From a virus: a stretch of DNA of 64,000 nucleotides. The DNA lies in the IMG/VR virus record IMGVR_UViG_3300007513_000010; one strand, 5' to 3'. Shown here piece by piece: positions 30,201-39,947 of this stretch (its first letter is position 1; each line of letters opens with the position of its first letter). The notes under the pieces are model-generated. The model was not told the DNA's origin. It worked only from the letters and a program-made list of their open reading frames with translations, and did no database searches. The translations under genes were made by a program, and so were the position numbers.

Positions 30201-30937
30201 ACGGGTTGGTAATAGGAGGAAGCTTGCAGGCTTATTTGTATGCGATTTCCAAGGGCCTGTACATAATAGACAACACAAACAGTGCACCAAAGGCGCTTCC
30301 TCATGATCAGGTTTTTCAAAGTCGCCTACTGCCACAGCTGGAATTTTTCCAGTCAATGTTGGGCAAGTCGTTGCTCGCCGGGAGGCCTGACTCTTTAAAA
30401 GTTTACGCAGATCGTTGCAAAATAGTAAAAGGAAGAAGTACCAAAGAGGTAGCCTTTAGTCAGTGCTACATCTTCGACACGACAGCAGTTAAGTGTTACG
30501 ACAATGACCTTGCCCCTCAAAACGGAAAAGTCAAAGTTACCGATTATTTTAAATTTAAAAATATGAAAAAAAATATTAATTTTAATACGTTAAGTACCTT
30601 AGATTCTTTTGTTTCAGAAGTGCAGTTTGTAAAATCTTCTAGCTCTAGTGTGGATTCGCCACATATCGGAGGTTGTCTAGCAATATCGCACCTTATGGAG
30701 AGTGATCTAGAAAAGTTTGACTTTTCAGATACCATGGTCAGATTTAAGTTGCTGGACCTGTTAAGAAAGAAGGGGTTCAAAGGAAAGAGGTCAGGCGTGT
30801 ATAAGGATGGTTCAACTAAGTACGCCAGCATGAAGCTTTTTCATATAGATCGTTCAGTGGAACAGTACTCTTGTTTATATAAGGATAGTGATACTGTTAA
30901 GTTTCTTGGTTTATCGACTGAGAAAGCTTTAGATTGA
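30191..30937 (+). CDS. Hypothetical protein with a degenerate FAD/Rossmann-like N-terminus
   Basis: LVIGGSLQAYLYA. Confidence 0.5.
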   Translation: MFVDGLVIGGSLQAYLYAISKGLYIIDNTNSAPKALPHDQVFQSRLLPQLEFFQSMLGKSLLAGRPDSLKVYADRCKIVKGRSTKEVAFSQCYIFDTTAVKCYDNDLAPQNGKVKVTDYFKFKNMKKNINFNTLSTLDSFVSEVQFVKSSSSSVDSPHIGGCLAISHLMESDLEKFDFSDTMVRFKLLDLLRKKGFKGKRSGVYKDGSTKYASMKLFHIDRSVEQYSCLYKDSDTVKFLGLSTEKALD

Positions 30938-31794
30938 AAACTCCTAGAGAAAAGAAAAAGACAAACACCGTAGGTGTTATACCTGTTTCGGGCTGGTCGG
31001 ATCGCTTAGGGTTTATCTGGCCTGATTGTTGCTCTCCTGTTGGTTTGTCTTATATGGCTATAGAGAGGAGCATCTTGGAGTGTGCGTATGCTGGATGTAG
31101 TTCGATATGGGTTGTTTGCAACGACGCGTCGGCCCCTTTGATAAAAGAGAAGATAGGTGATTATATTATCGCCCCTCATTGTTATGAGTCAAGACCGTAC
31201 GTTAAATACTTTAAAGAACACATAAAGCATGTTCCTGTTTTTTATGTTCCGGTTCACCCTAAGGATCGTGACCGTAGAGATAGTTTAGGTTGGTCTGTTC
31301 TACACGGGTGCTTGAGTGCCTTCCTGGTTTCATCTCAAATAAGCTCTTGGATTGCACCAAGAAAATATTATGTTAGTTTTCCTTATGGCTTGTATGACCC
31401 TCTTATAGTGAGGGACCACGTTAAAGAAATAAACTCTGAAAAGAACTTTTTCTTATCTTTTGGCGATCTCACGGTCCGGGATAATTTATATCTTGGGTTT
31501 ACGATTTCTCCAGATGAGTGGAAACAATTGCGTTATGATCTAAAAATTTCTTGCACTGGTGGAGATAAAAGCATCCCGTATTATAAAAGATGGTCATCAC
31601 GATATTTTACCCTTGACAAAATATTTAAAAATGATAATATAGTAGTAGACAAGAAAAGAGAAATTAAAAAATATCACGACTTATCTAGCTGGGACTCGTT
31701 AGAAAAGTTTTATAAATCTTCCCTATCGCTCGAAAAGCCGGCCGATAGAATAATTGGTCCGTTTTATTATAAAGGAATATACGAAATTGAATAA
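30934..31794 (+). CDS. Nucleotidyltransferase-like (GT-A fold) protein
   Basis: VGVIPVSG, IERSILECAYAGCSSIWVV and DSLGWSVLHG. Confidence 0.5.
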   Translation: MKTPREKKKTNTVGVIPVSGWSDRLGFIWPDCCSPVGLSYMAIERSILECAYAGCSSIWVVCNDASAPLIKEKIGDYIIAPHCYESRPYVKYFKEHIKHVPVFYVPVHPKDRDRRDSLGWSVLHGCLSAFLVSSQISSWIAPRKYYVSFPYGLYDPLIVRDHVKEINSEKNFFLSFGDLTVRDNLYLGFTISPDEWKQLRYDLKISCTGGDKSIPYYKRWSSRYFTLDKIFKNDNIVVDKKREIKKYHDLSSWDSLEKFYKSSLSLEKPADRIIGPFYYKGIYEIE

Positions 31795-34700
31795 CAGACA
31801 ATCGCCTAGCATACCTTTCGTTGGTCTGCACGCCCACTCAGTAGCGGGCTCTCCGTTTGATGCTCTTGGTTATCCACAAGAACATATGGAATATGCTTAT
31901 GAGAACGGTATGGATGCCCTAGCGCTCACCGACCACGGCAACGCTAATGGGTTGGCATACCAAGTCTTGCATGCCAAAGAGATGAAGAAGCAAGGGAAAG
32001 ATTTTAAGCCAATTTTTGGAGTGGAGGCTTATTTTATACCATCTGTCTCTAATTGGAAAAAAGATTATGAGAGAATTAAATCAGAAGCCAAGAGAAAATC
32101 AGAATATGAGGTAGACTCATCCGGGACTACGGTTGAAGACGAAGAATCAAAGAAAAAGATGAAGTCCACCCTCAACAAGAGAAGGCATTTAATCCTGCTG
32201 GCCCAGAATCAAACAGGCTTGCAAAATATATTTAAAATGATCTCACATTCATACATCGGAGACAGTTTTTATCGCTACCCTCGCGTAGATTATGCACTGC
32301 TAAAGAAGCATAACGAAGGCGTAATAGCTGCTTCGGCTTGTTTGGGGGGTGTCTATGCAGGTGATTATTGGGAGAACAGAGATTTTGGAGCCGATGCAGT
32401 CCTCACTGCAATGAGGTCGACCACCCAAAAAATGGTAGATATTTTCGGTCCAAGATGGTATGGGGAATTACAGTGGAACAATATTCCAGAACAACATGAA
32501 CTTAATCAGTATATTATTCAGATGCACTATGAACACGGTATAGATCTCATATCTACAGCCGACAGCCATTACTATTCACCCAATGCCTGGAAAGACAGAG
32601 AACTCTATAAAAGACTCGGCTGGCTCGGCCGCGGCCGCCCAGACTACTTATCAGAAGAGTTGCCCACTTCTGTGGAAGAGATCGGCTACGAACTATACCC
32701 CAAAAATGGAGATCAGATGTGGGAATCATATCTTGAGTATTCTAAGTTGGCAGGTATCAAATATGATGACGACTTGGTGATGAATTCTATCACCAAGACA
32801 CACAAGATTGCACACTCGATGATAGAGGACTTTATCCCAGACAATACAGTGCGATTACCAGACTTTGTAGTCCCGGAGGGCTCCACCCCTGCTCAGGCTC
32901 TTGCTGCATTGTGTGTTGAGGGCTCTCGCACTCTGGGTTTTTCTGGTAATCAATTTTATACTGATCGATTAAAGACAGAACTTGAGGTTATAGAGTCTAG
33001 AGGTTTTTCAAAATACTTTTTAACTATGAAGGCCATTTCCTCCCGAGCAGAACAAAGCCAACTAGTTGGTCCTGGCCGCGGCTCAGCCGCAGGTTCGCTG
33101 GTTTCATACGCCCTGGGAATAACCCAGGTGGACCCGATAAAATACGGCCTTCAGTTTGAAAGGTTTCTAACAAAGGGAGGCTCAGGATATCCTGATATAG
33201 ATTATGATGTTTCAGACCCAATGTCGTTAAAGGAAAGTTTGATAGAAGAGTGGGGGGACGACACTGTGGTTCCGATCACCAATTGGAACACACTTCAGTT
33301 GAGGTCCTTGATCAAAGATATATCTAAATTTTATGGTATCGAGTTCACCGAGGTCAACAATGTGACGAGCAAAATGGTTTATGAGGCTACGCCGCTGGCT
33401 AAAAAGGAGCATGGCATAACTGCGGGAGTCTATGTTCCGACGTTTGAAGAATTGATGAAATATTCTTCCACCTTGCAGGAATTCTTAAACAAGTACCCAC
33501 AAGTCAAGACGCACGTTAGCGCGCTTTATGGTCAAACCCGATCCGCATCCCGTCATGCTGGCGGCGTAGTGGTCGGCGAAAATCTCAATACGTGGATGCC
33601 GCTCATAAATAGCGGCGGCGTCCGCCAAACTCCGTGGTCGGAAGGGCAACATGTAAGGCACCTCGAACCTATGGGTTTTATTAAGTTTGATATCTTAGGT
33701 CTTGCGTCGCTTAGAATGATGGAGGGTGCTATAGAAAGGATCCTGCAGCGACACCAAAACATAGAGAGTCCCACCTTCGATGATATAAAGGGTTTTTATG
33801 ATTCGAATCTTCATCCGGATAGCATAGATTTATCAGACGAAGGCGTGTGGAGGAACATCTTTCACAAAGGAAAATGGGCAGGAATATTTCAGTTTACTGA
33901 ATCTGGAGCGCAGTCTTTCTGCAAAAACGCAAAACCAAACAACATAACAGATTTAGCAGCAATAACAAGTATTTACCGCCCGGGCCCATTGTCTGCGGGG
34001 GTTGATAGGATGTATGTGGGGGCGAAGCACGCACCAGAAGAGGTGGAATACATTAATGATACTTTTAAAAAAGTCACAGAGGAAACTTATGGTTTTTTGA
34101 TTTTTCAGGAGCAAATTGCCATGTTGGCGCACAAGCTTGGAAAAAACCTTTCTCTTGACGAGGGAAATAAACTTAGGAAGCTTTTAACAAAGAAGGGGGC
34201 CGGCGAAGTTCAAGAACAGAAAGATAAAATTTGGCTTAAGTTTCGAGAAGGTTGTGTAGAAAAGGGTATGCCAAAGTGGCAAGCTAAGGAAATATGGGAC
34301 AAGTTTGAATATTTTTCAGGATATGGTTTTAACAAATCACATGCAGTATCATATTGTATTTTATCTTTTCAGTGTGCTTGGCTGCTGAATTATTACCCTG
34401 TTGAGTGGCTTGCTGCATATTTGGATAAAGAGCCAGAAAAGAAAAAAGAGCGTGCTATTGCAACTGCAAAATCGTATGGGTTTAATATAGAGCCGCTAAA
34501 TATAAACACTTCGGGGTCACAGTGGGACATCGCAGAAGACGACAAAACACTTATACAGCCCCTTTCATCTATTAAGGGATTGGGGTCTGCAGCAATTGAA
34601 CAAATTATAAACAATAGACCCTTCAACACTATTGAAGAGTTTTTGTTTCATGATGACATTAAATATTCGAAGCTAAATAAGAAAGCTTTGGACGCTTTGG

Positions 34701-35218
34701 TCAGAAGCCAGACACTAAATATACTCATGGATGAGCGGTTCACTGGTCTTAAGCATTTTTGGTCTGCAATCGCCGTCGATCGACCTAGAAAGCAGAAAAA
34801 TTTAGAAGAAAACGTAACAACGTATGCTCCAGAGGGAGACTTTACCGAGGAAGAAAAGTTAGAATATCAAGTATCTTTAACTGGTGTTTTTCCAATTAAT
34901 GCGGTTGTCACGGATGCTGTCCGTAGAAAATTAGACGAGCTATATATTCCCCCCATTTCTGAGTATGATCCAGATTTGGGCGTAACTTGGTTTATACCTA
35001 GAGAGTGCATTCTGAAGAAGTCTAAGAATAATAAAAACTTTTATGTAGTAAAAGTAATAGATGATAACAACGAGACAAATGTGATAAGATGCTGGGGTGT
35101 CGACCCAGAAAAGGACCTTATTCATATTAATAGGCCGTACATGGCTCGTCTTAAATATGATCCTAATTGGGGCTTCTCTACGTTTAGTGTGAGAAAGATG
35201 TTTAAACTGTTGGCATAG
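31787..35218 (+). CDS. dnaE: DNA polymerase III alpha subunit
   Basis: PHP domain (LHAHS, LTDHG, ADSHY), GPGRGSAAGS, PDIDYD, HAGG, KFDILGL and YGFNKSH. No intein. TTG start with AAGGA SD (ORF track starts at 31754). Confidence 0.97.
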   Translation: MNNRQSPSIPFVGLHAHSVAGSPFDALGYPQEHMEYAYENGMDALALTDHGNANGLAYQVLHAKEMKKQGKDFKPIFGVEAYFIPSVSNWKKDYERIKSEAKRKSEYEVDSSGTTVEDEESKKKMKSTLNKRRHLILLAQNQTGLQNIFKMISHSYIGDSFYRYPRVDYALLKKHNEGVIAASACLGGVYAGDYWENRDFGADAVLTAMRSTTQKMVDIFGPRWYGELQWNNIPEQHELNQYIIQMHYEHGIDLISTADSHYYSPNAWKDRELYKRLGWLGRGRPDYLSEELPTSVEEIGYELYPKNGDQMWESYLEYSKLAGIKYDDDLVMNSITKTHKIAHSMIEDFIPDNTVRLPDFVVPEGSTPAQALAALCVEGSRTLGFSGNQFYTDRLKTELEVIESRGFSKYFLTMKAISSRAEQSQLVGPGRGSAAGSLVSYALGITQVDPIKYGLQFERFLTKGGSGYPDIDYDVSDPMSLKESLIEEWGDDTVVPITNWNTLQLRSLIKDISKFYGIEFTEVNNVTSKMVYEATPLAKKEHGITAGVYVPTFEELMKYSSTLQEFLNKYPQVKTHVSALYGQTRSASRHAGGVVVGENLNTWMPLINSGGVRQTPWSEGQHVRHLEPMGFIKFDILGLASLRMMEGAIERILQRHQNIESPTFDDIKGFYDSNLHPDSIDLSDEGVWRNIFHKGKWAGIFQFTESGAQSFCKNAKPNNITDLAAITSIYRPGPLSAGVDRMYVGAKHAPEEVEYINDTFKKVTEETYGFLIFQEQIAMLAHKLGKNLSLDEGNKLRKLLTKKGAGEVQEQKDKIWLKFREGCVEKGMPKWQAKEIWDKFEYFSGYGFNKSHAVSYCILSFQCAWLLNYYPVEWLAAYLDKEPEKKKERAIATAKSYGFNIEPLNINTSGSQWDIAEDDKTLIQPLSSIKGLGSAAIEQIINNRPFNTIEEFLFHDDIKYSKLNKKALDALVRSQTLNILMDERFTGLKHFWSAIAVDRPRKQKNLEENVTTYAPEGDFTEEEKLEYQVSLTGVFPINAVVTDAVRRKLDELYIPPISEYDPDLGVTWFIPRECILKKSKNNKNFYVVKVIDDNNETNVIRCWGVDPEKDLIHINRPYMARLKYDPNWGFSTFSVRKMFKLLA

Positions 35219-35230
35219 GGAGAAAAAAAG

Positions 35231-35893
35231 ATGGCAAAATTAACAGGTCTCTGCGCAAGGGTGATAGCAGAACAATACAAGAGGGTATTTCAAAACAAGG
35301 GGTATGCTTTTTTTGAAAATGGAGATTTTAACTTAAACATTGTGGGCGTCCGAAACGATTCGGGCGACGCTTCAAAATTTGACGATGCGATAGTTTTGCT
35401 GTATAAAGAAGCTGGCTCTTGGGTTTGTGATATATACACCGTTACAACTGAGCCCGGCACAACTATACTAAAGAGACCGCTAAAATCGGTTCGACACAAA
35501 GGGACTGCAATTTTAGTTCCAGATCAATATCGAGCAGCGTACAAAATCGGCACCCACAAGGGTTCAAGTACCAGAGGCTACACAGCTTTGATACAACGGG
35601 GCAAACGCGTTAGGGTTTGGAGAGATAATAATCGGGACGCCAAACCTGATTATCACGGCCCGGAGGAGTCGGGGTGGTTCGGCATCAACATTCACAAACA
35701 CAGAGGCTCGGATGCCAAAGTTAATACGGGTGGCGTGTCAGCAGGCTGCCAGGTGTTTCAAAGCAGCAAGGATTTTCATGAATTTATGGAAACCTGTGAG
35801 GAATCTGCAACCCGGTGGGGCAACTCATTTACTTACACCTTGTTGGAGCAGAAAGATATAACAAATTTAGGATTGGAGTATGATATTGTCTAA
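35231..35893 (+). CDS. Putative peptidoglycan-active enzyme with an L,D-transpeptidase-like H...SxGC motif
   Basis: FGINIH-x14-SAGCQV. Confidence 0.55.
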   Translation: MAKLTGLCARVIAEQYKRVFQNKGYAFFENGDFNLNIVGVRNDSGDASKFDDAIVLLYKEAGSWVCDIYTVTTEPGTTILKRPLKSVRHKGTAILVPDQYRAAYKIGTHKGSSTRGYTALIQRGKRVRVWRDNNRDAKPDYHGPEESGWFGINIHKHRGSDAKVNTGGVSAGCQVFQSSKDFHEFMETCEESATRWGNSFTYTLLEQKDITNLGLEYDIV

Positions 35894-36347
35894 AGAAAGA
35901 TTAAAAGTTTTTAAAGTGAGGGAAGGCGCAAAATTGCCAGTGAGGGCCCACCCGTCGGATGCGGGCATGGATCTGTTTTTTTGTCCGGATGTGGAAGGTT
36001 TGCATTCAGTCTTAAGGCCGAACCAAACCGCCTTACTGGAGACGGGGTTAAAGATTGGTGTACCCCAAGGGTATATGTTGCAGATAATGAATAAGTCTGG
36101 AATAGCGTCAAAGAGACGCCTCGTAACTGGGGCATGCGTCGTCGACGCTGGTTACGATGGTGAGATTTATGTTAATTTGCACAATATTGGGGATAAGATC
36201 CAGGTCATTGAGCCAGGGCAAAAAATAGCACAGGCTGTGCTCATTCCGATCTCCCTTCCGGAGATAGAAGAAACCCTAAAAGATAGGGTATATGATTCCG
36301 ACACTGCTCGCGGCGACGGCGCGTTTGGTTCAACAGGAGACAAGTAA
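35880..36347 (+). CDS. dut: Trimeric dUTPase
   Basis: AGMDL, KSG, VVDAGYDGE, KIAQ and RGDGAFGSTG. Confidence 0.97.
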   Translation: MILSKERLKVFKVREGAKLPVRAHPSDAGMDLFFCPDVEGLHSVLRPNQTALLETGLKIGVPQGYMLQIMNKSGIASKRRLVTGACVVDAGYDGEIYVNLHNIGDKIQVIEPGQKIAQAVLIPISLPEIEETLKDRVYDSDTARGDGAFGSTGDK

Positions 36348-36565
36348 TGGGCTTAAAACGAAAACTAGAGAGAAAGCAGATGACTAGCTTTTTTAAACAG
36401 TTTAAAAAAAGAATGAAACAATTCAAGAGTATGGTGCGGTGCACAGTCTGCGAACGCCCACCGGCACCCGGCGAGAATATTGATTCTTGGCGTATAAAAC
36501 AGCAGAGTGAAAATATTGATCTGGTTTGTGTTGATTGTCACGAATCAGAAAAGGAGAAAACATGA
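36347..36565 (+). CDS. Small Zn-finger protein
   Basis: CTVC...CVDC with a basic N-terminus. Confidence 0.6.
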   Translation: MGLKRKLERKQMTSFFKQFKKRMKQFKSMVRCTVCERPPAPGENIDSWRIKQQSENIDLVCVDCHESEKEKT

Positions 36566-37596
36566 TAGAAGGGATGCTGCAAAAGTGCCTATCGTTTGAT
36601 GATGTCTTGCTGGTTCCAAAAAAGAGTGACATTGAAAGTAGAGATCAAATTTCTATAGGCTCATTTTTGGGAGGTTTTTCTTACTCGATACCTATTATTT
36701 CAAGCCCAATGGATACTGTTACAGAAGGGGTTATGGCTTCTGCCATGGCTAACGCAGGAGCCCTAGGGGTTGTCCACAGATACAACACTATTGCTGAACA
36801 GTGTCAGATTATTCAATCAGCCCGGAATGGCTGCAAGTCTGAAAAAGCAACACTTGCCGCCGCAATCGGTGCCAGTGGGGATTTTCTCTCCAGGGCCACC
36901 AGCTTGGTTAACGTAGGAACAAATATTTTATGCATCGATGTCGCCCATGGGCATCACGCCATGGTCGAACGGGCCCTTAAAAGCTTGAAAGATTCTTTCG
37001 GCGAAGATATTACACTCATAGCAGGCAACGTGGCCACGGCAGAGGGGTTCTCTGATCTAGAAGATTGGGGCGCTGATGCAGTTCGTGTAGGGATAGGGGG
37101 AGGTTCAATATGCAGTACCCGACTACAGACTGGCCATGGCGTTTCTACTTTTCAATCAGTTGTGGCATGCCGTTTTGTCCGAAAACATGCAAAAATCATT
37201 GCAGATGGTGGTATCAAGAAGGCGGGAGACATTGTTAAATCGATTGCTGCCGGCGCCGATTTTGTTATGCTGGGGTCTTTATTGGCGGGAACAGACCAGG
37301 CCCCCGGCCAGTGTATTCAGACTGCTGATGGCGAACGTCACAAGGTCTATAGAGGCATGGCATCACGAGAAGCCCAGCTAGATTGGAGAGGTGAAGTGCG
37401 GTCATTCGAGGGGATTTCCTCCTCGGTTCCATATAGGGGAGACGTGGCTGACATCTTATCCAGCCTGAGTAAAAACATAAGGAGCGGATTTTCCTATTCA
37501 GGCGCGATCAGCCAAGAAGAACTAAGAGAAAGAGCAACATTCATTCAGCAGACATCTGCCTCTCAGGTAGAAAGTCACACGCATGTGTTGTTATGA
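36562..37596 (+). CDS. guaB: IMP dehydrogenase / GMP reductase family protein (no CBS domains)
   Basis: [41 protein letters not shown] and YRGMAS. AAGGAG SD before 36562. Confidence 0.9.
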   Translation: MIEGMLQKCLSFDDVLLVPKKSDIESRDQISIGSFLGGFSYSIPIISSPMDTVTEGVMASAMANAGALGVVHRYNTIAEQCQIIQSARNGCKSEKATLAAAIGASGDFLSRATSLVNVGTNILCIDVAHGHHAMVERALKSLKDSFGEDITLIAGNVATAEGFSDLEDWGADAVRVGIGGGSICSTRLQTGHGVSTFQSVVACRFVRKHAKIIADGGIKKAGDIVKSIAAGADFVMLGSLLAGTDQAPGQCIQTADGERHKVYRGMASREAQLDWRGEVRSFEGISSSVPYRGDVADILSSLSKNIRSGFSYSGAISQEELRERATFIQQTSASQVESHTHVLL

Positions 37597-37913
37597 TATC
37601 CAGGTTAAAGAAGATTGTTTTTGAAGATACGGAAGTGAATCACGCCTCCCTTAAAGTAAGGCTACGTCATGACGGCATCCGGCAGGGCGAATTCTTTCGT
37701 TTTATGTTGCAGAAATATATTGAATGTGCAGACCCGATGGTCTTTCTTGTTCAGGAACTCCGCGAGGAGAAAGGCAAATATGGGCGCACCCGTAATCGAA
37801 AAATTTCAAGAGATATACAATCCGGTCAAGATCTTTTAAAAAAGTTTAAATTATCAGACTCTCAGAAAGAAGACATATATGACCTTCTGGAAAAAGAACA
37901 TGGAGATCTATGA
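37593..37913 (+). CDS. Hypothetical protein
   Basis: Translationally coupled 106-aa ORF. Confidence 0.65.
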   Translation: MISRLKKIVFEDTEVNHASLKVRLRHDGIRQGEFFRFMLQKYIECADPMVFLVQELREEKGKYGRTRNRKISRDIQSGQDLLKKFKLSDSQKEDIYDLLEKEHGDL

Positions 37914-38173
37914 AAGAGAAGAAATCAGATGTATTGTTAAGAGTTCTGCCTTCTTGTGCTAAAGATTGTATTAATTCAGGTGAATCGTGTGATGAAAAAC
38001 AATGCAGATATTGGATAGAATATGAGAGTGAAAAAAATTGTACTTTGATTTCTATAGAGGAGAACGGCAACATGACATTAGAAGAAACTGCCAAAAGATT
38101 AAACTTGAGTGTGGTAAGGGTTTTTCAAATACAAAAAAAAGCTTTAGCTAAAATAAAAAAACAGTTAAGATAA
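37910..38173 (+). CDS. Sigma-70 region 4-like HTH protein with a Cys-rich N-terminus
   Basis: MTLEETAKRLNLSVVRVFQIQKKALAKI. Confidence 0.8.
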   Translation: MKEKKSDVLLRVLPSCAKDCINSGESCDEKQCRYWIEYESEKNCTLISIEENGNMTLEETAKRLNLSVVRVFQIQKKALAKIKKQLR

Positions 38174-38254
38174 ATTCGGTTTTTTTAAAAATCAAACACT
38201 ATTTACTGTGTACCTGTACTATATTATTGTACTGTCACATAAAGGAGAAAAACA

Positions 38255-38911
38255 ATGAGCAACAAAAAATTACTTTCTGAAGGTACTGTCAGAAGGTTCA
38301 TGAAGCTGGCGTCAATCAACCCTGGCTTGACTAGCACTTTTATTTCCAAAGAGGCTGAGCCCGAGATAGAAGTAGACTACAACCTCTTTCTTGAGGCCAT
38401 GGACGAGGATCCTGCGGCTGAAGAAGAAGCTGCGGACATGAGCCTGGAAGGAGAAGAAGCACTCTCAGATGAGGGCGGCATGTCAGAAGAGGGCGACCTT
38501 GATCTAGAAGACGAGGAGGACGACCTTGATCTAGAAGACGAAGAAGGCGACCTTGACCTGGAGGCCGGCGAAGAAGGTGAAGACGGCGATGTCACAATGA
38601 CGGACGAAGAAGTCGAAGCGTTTATTTCTTTTGGAAAGAAGCTTGAAGCAGCGCGCGACCAAGGCGCCGAGCTTGGCGATGACATGGGCGAAGAAGATGA
38701 TCTTGATATGGAAGATGATCTTGATATGGAAGAAGGGCCCGCCCCGGAGGAAGAAGAAGCGGGCATGAGCCTTGAGGGCGACGAAGCAGCTTCTGTCGAA
38801 GGTGGAATGTCAGAAGAGGATCCAGAAGAAGAGGCAGCCCTTCAGGAGAGGATGGTTAACGAAATACTGAAAAGAGTCACTAAAAGAATTCTCAAGGAAA
38901 ATTTAAAATAA
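38255..38911 (+). CDS. Highly acidic putative prohead core/scaffold protein
   Basis: LLSEGTVRRFMKLA N-terminus, D/E-rich repeats and ILKRVTKRILKE C-terminus. Preceded by ACTATTTA. Confidence 0.6.
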   Translation: MSNKKLLSEGTVRRFMKLASINPGLTSTFISKEAEPEIEVDYNLFLEAMDEDPAAEEEAADMSLEGEEALSDEGGMSEEGDLDLEDEEDDLDLEDEEGDLDLEAGEEGEDGDVTMTDEEVEAFISFGKKLEAARDQGAELGDDMGEEDDLDMEDDLDMEEGPAPEEEEAGMSLEGDEAASVEGGMSEEDPEEEAALQERMVNEILKRVTKRILKENLK

Positions 38912-38939
38912 ATAAAACTAATTTTTAGCTCATGTTTTC

Positions 38940-38966
38940 AGCCCCCGTTACTGGGGGCTTTTTTTT
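38940..38966 (+). terminator. Rho-independent terminator
   Basis: AGCCCCC-GTTACT-GGGGGCT followed by a T tract. Confidence 0.9.
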
Positions 38967-38967
38967 A

Positions 38968-38996
38968 TTGACGAACTCTTCACAATCTGTTACTAT
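38968..38996 (+). promoter_or_regulatory. Sigma70-like promoter (extended -10)
   Basis: TTGACG, 17-nt spacer ending TGn, then TACTAT. Confidence 0.65.
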
Positions 38997-39040
38997 ATAA
39001 GATGTAGGTGCAATTATAAGCAAAGCGGGGTTCTTGTGCG

Positions 39041-39310
39041 TTGAAAGGTATAGAAAGCGTGTACTGGGTAGATCAAAGGCCGCCAAACCAGGCCGATATT
39101 TACGTGGTGCAAATTAGCTTACCGGATGCACACAGCAGAGCAAGTTTGTTAAGAAGGGAGTTGGAAGAAGAGGGATGGCAAGTCCAAGCAACAGGTCACG
39201 ACACAAAGAACAAAAAAGTAATATTAGTCTTGAGAAGGCAATTCAACACTCCACAAGAATGGGAATCATATCAGGAAAAGAGGATGGAATGGACAAAGCT
39301 TCTGAAATAG
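39041..39310 (+). CDS. Hypothetical protein
   Basis: 89-aa ORF after the promoter, overlapping the clpP start. Confidence 0.5.
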   Translation: MKGIESVYWVDQRPPNQADIYVVQISLPDAHSRASLLRRELEEEGWQVQATGHDTKNKKVILVLRRQFNTPQEWESYQEKRMEWTKLLK

Positions 39311-39930
39311 AAGAAAATCAAATCGTAATTATAAACAACATACAATCTCCACAAGAGAAAGAGGACCCCATCAGAACTCTCACCATGTATGGGGACGTTA
39401 CAGAGCAGAAAGCGGCAGACGTAGTGGCGGCACTCTTGTACATGCAGGGGACATCAGAGCGTTCGTATCTTAAAAACCCAGAAAACCCGGACTCTAAAGT
39501 AGTGACAGAATTTCAGCCGATAAAGCTTTATATATCGACTCACGGAGGTTCAGCTTCAGAGATGTTTTCTGTTTACGATGTAATGAGGATGATACAAAAG
39601 GAAACGTGCGAAATCTCGACCTATGGGATCGGAAAAGTGATGTCCGCCGGCGTCCCAATTTTGTCGTGCGGGACAAAGGGCAAAAGATTTATCGGCAAGA
39701 ATTGTCGAGTCATGCTTCACAATGTGATGGGTGGTTACCAAGGGAATATTTTTAGTCTCGAAAACGAACTAGACGAGATAAAATGGATTCAAGAAAGATA
39801 TATCGAATGCTTGGTGAAAAACACCAATTTAACTAAAAGAAATCTAAAGAAGATTTTAAAATCCCAAACAGATGTTTACATTTCAGCTAATCAAGCAATT
39901 AAATATGGAATTGCTGATAAAATTATCTAA
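39289..39930 (+). CDS. clpP: ATP-dependent Clp protease proteolytic subunit
   Basis: IKLYISTHGGS, GKVMSAG (Ser), VMLH (His), DVYISANQAIKYGIAD. Likely ATG at 39289 (ORF track starts at 39175). Confidence 0.92.
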   Translation: MDKASEIEENQIVIINNIQSPQEKEDPIRTLTMYGDVTEQKAADVVAALLYMQGTSERSYLKNPENPDSKVVTEFQPIKLYISTHGGSASEMFSVYDVMRMIQKETCEISTYGIGKVMSAGVPILSCGTKGKRFIGKNCRVMLHNVMGGYQGNIFSLENELDEIKWIQERYIECLVKNTNLTKRNLKKILKSQTDVYISANQAIKYGIADKII

Positions 39931-39947
39931 TTACTAGGAGGTGAGTG

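Noticed and set aside
22327-35218. Inteins or introns in recA, helicase, nrdJ or dnaE
   Set aside because: Lengths are normal, motifs are contiguous, and no intein termini or LAGLIDADG blocks were seen.
39175-39288. N-terminal extension of ClpP in the ORF track
   Set aside because: It overlaps ORF 39041-39310, and ATG 39289 has a plausible SD and gives a normal ClpP length.
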